DNA from: Octopus vulgaris
Lineage: Eukaryota
Assembly: GCA_951406725.2 (NCBI GenBank)
Contig: OX597827.1
Coordinates: 16,120,001 to 16,184,000 of the forward strand
Direction: 5' to 3'
DNA: 64,000 bases
The position numbers were made by a program, and so were the translations under genes. The notes beneath the pieces were generated by a model that made no database searches, was not told the DNA's origin, and saw nothing but the letters and a program-made list of their open reading frames with translations. The stretch's first letter is position 1. Every line of letters begins with the position of its first letter. Of this stretch, positions 63,172 through 64,000 are shown in pieces.

Positions 63172-64000
63172 CATAACAGGGAACAGAAGTGTTAGTTTCC
63201 CATAAGGTTTATTTATATTATTGAATGGTCTTAAAAATTTATGATAAATTTGTCATCTTTGCTGTGTGTTGCACTTACCCAGTGCTCCCAGAGAATAACC
63301 CCCACCCCCTTACAACACTGATAATCAAAGATTGTGGCAGACACCAACCACTAACAGTCAGTTTCTTAACTCAAATTTTGGTCCTGTTTATCCTATCTCC
63401 AGCTTCACAGGGTGTGGTTTAACAAGGGTTCACGCATGCACACACACACACGAACACATAATCTCTCTCACACACAAACACACACGCACCTCCCTTCGTC
63501 TGGAGATTCCTTTATCTAACACTGTTACTGTAATTATTACTCTTATTCTAAATGATAATCCTAGAATAATTATTACAACTATTAACTACCAGTACTACTA
63601 CTACTATTACTACTACTACTTGTCAAGCATTTTTCATTAACTGCTTTTTTGTCTCTCTTTGTATTTTATTTTATAAAATTTTGATTTTCTTATACTTCTT
63701 AGAATAGCAACACACACACACACACACACACACATTCTCTTTCTCTCTCTCTCTCACTTTTTCATTTACTTACTCTCTACTTCTCAATGATTTTCTCTCT
63801 CTCCCTGCTTACTGACTTTCACCTACTACACTCTGTTACCATTGTCTCTCACTGTCTGATTTACGATCTCTCTCTTTGTCTTTCTGTCTTTCTTTTACTG
63901 TTTTGTTTTTTCTCTCTCTCTTACTCTCTACCTTATTGCCTCTTTCATTTTTACTATTGTTTAATTTGCCTCTGTGTTTCTCTCTCTCTCTCTCTTTGGT

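Noticed and set aside
54591-64000. Further WD40 exons of beta-TrCP
   Set aside because: No IWD/GHTGSVLCLQ-type sequence found by eye; the next exon presumably lies beyond the window.

Overview
AT-rich, repeat-dense animal DNA. The SINE/MITE complement and microsatellite load fit a coleoid cephalopod, probably Octopus (inferred, not verified). The only host gene is a + strand beta-TrCP (BTRC/FBXW11/slimb) F-box/WD40 gene. Four phase-compatible coding exons are visible (34981-35209 D-domain, 37334-37520 F-box, 38285-38378 linker, 54453-54590 first WD40), plus a candidate first exon at 30678-30761; the rest of the gene lies outside the window. Almost everything else is transposon-derived: about 20 copies of one tRNA-derived SINE, three or four further SINE families, piggyBac/hAT/8-bp-TSD MITEs, three non-autonomous Helitrons, and relics of mariner, Tc1-like, Tigger, RTE, CR1, R4/Dong-like and Penelope elements. 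There is also an 11 x 109 bp tandem array that appears to derive from a SINE head. The most notable observation is a 337-bp non-coding insertion (28646-28982) flanked by a perfect 16-bp target-site duplication. It folds into a long rod capped by a type I hammerhead ribozyme with intact core motifs, plus a four-way junction, i.e. a retrozyme-like retroposed structured RNA. Two further, degenerate, Penelope-type hammerheads are present. All structures were folded by eye, most TE boundaries are approximate, and no database search was run.
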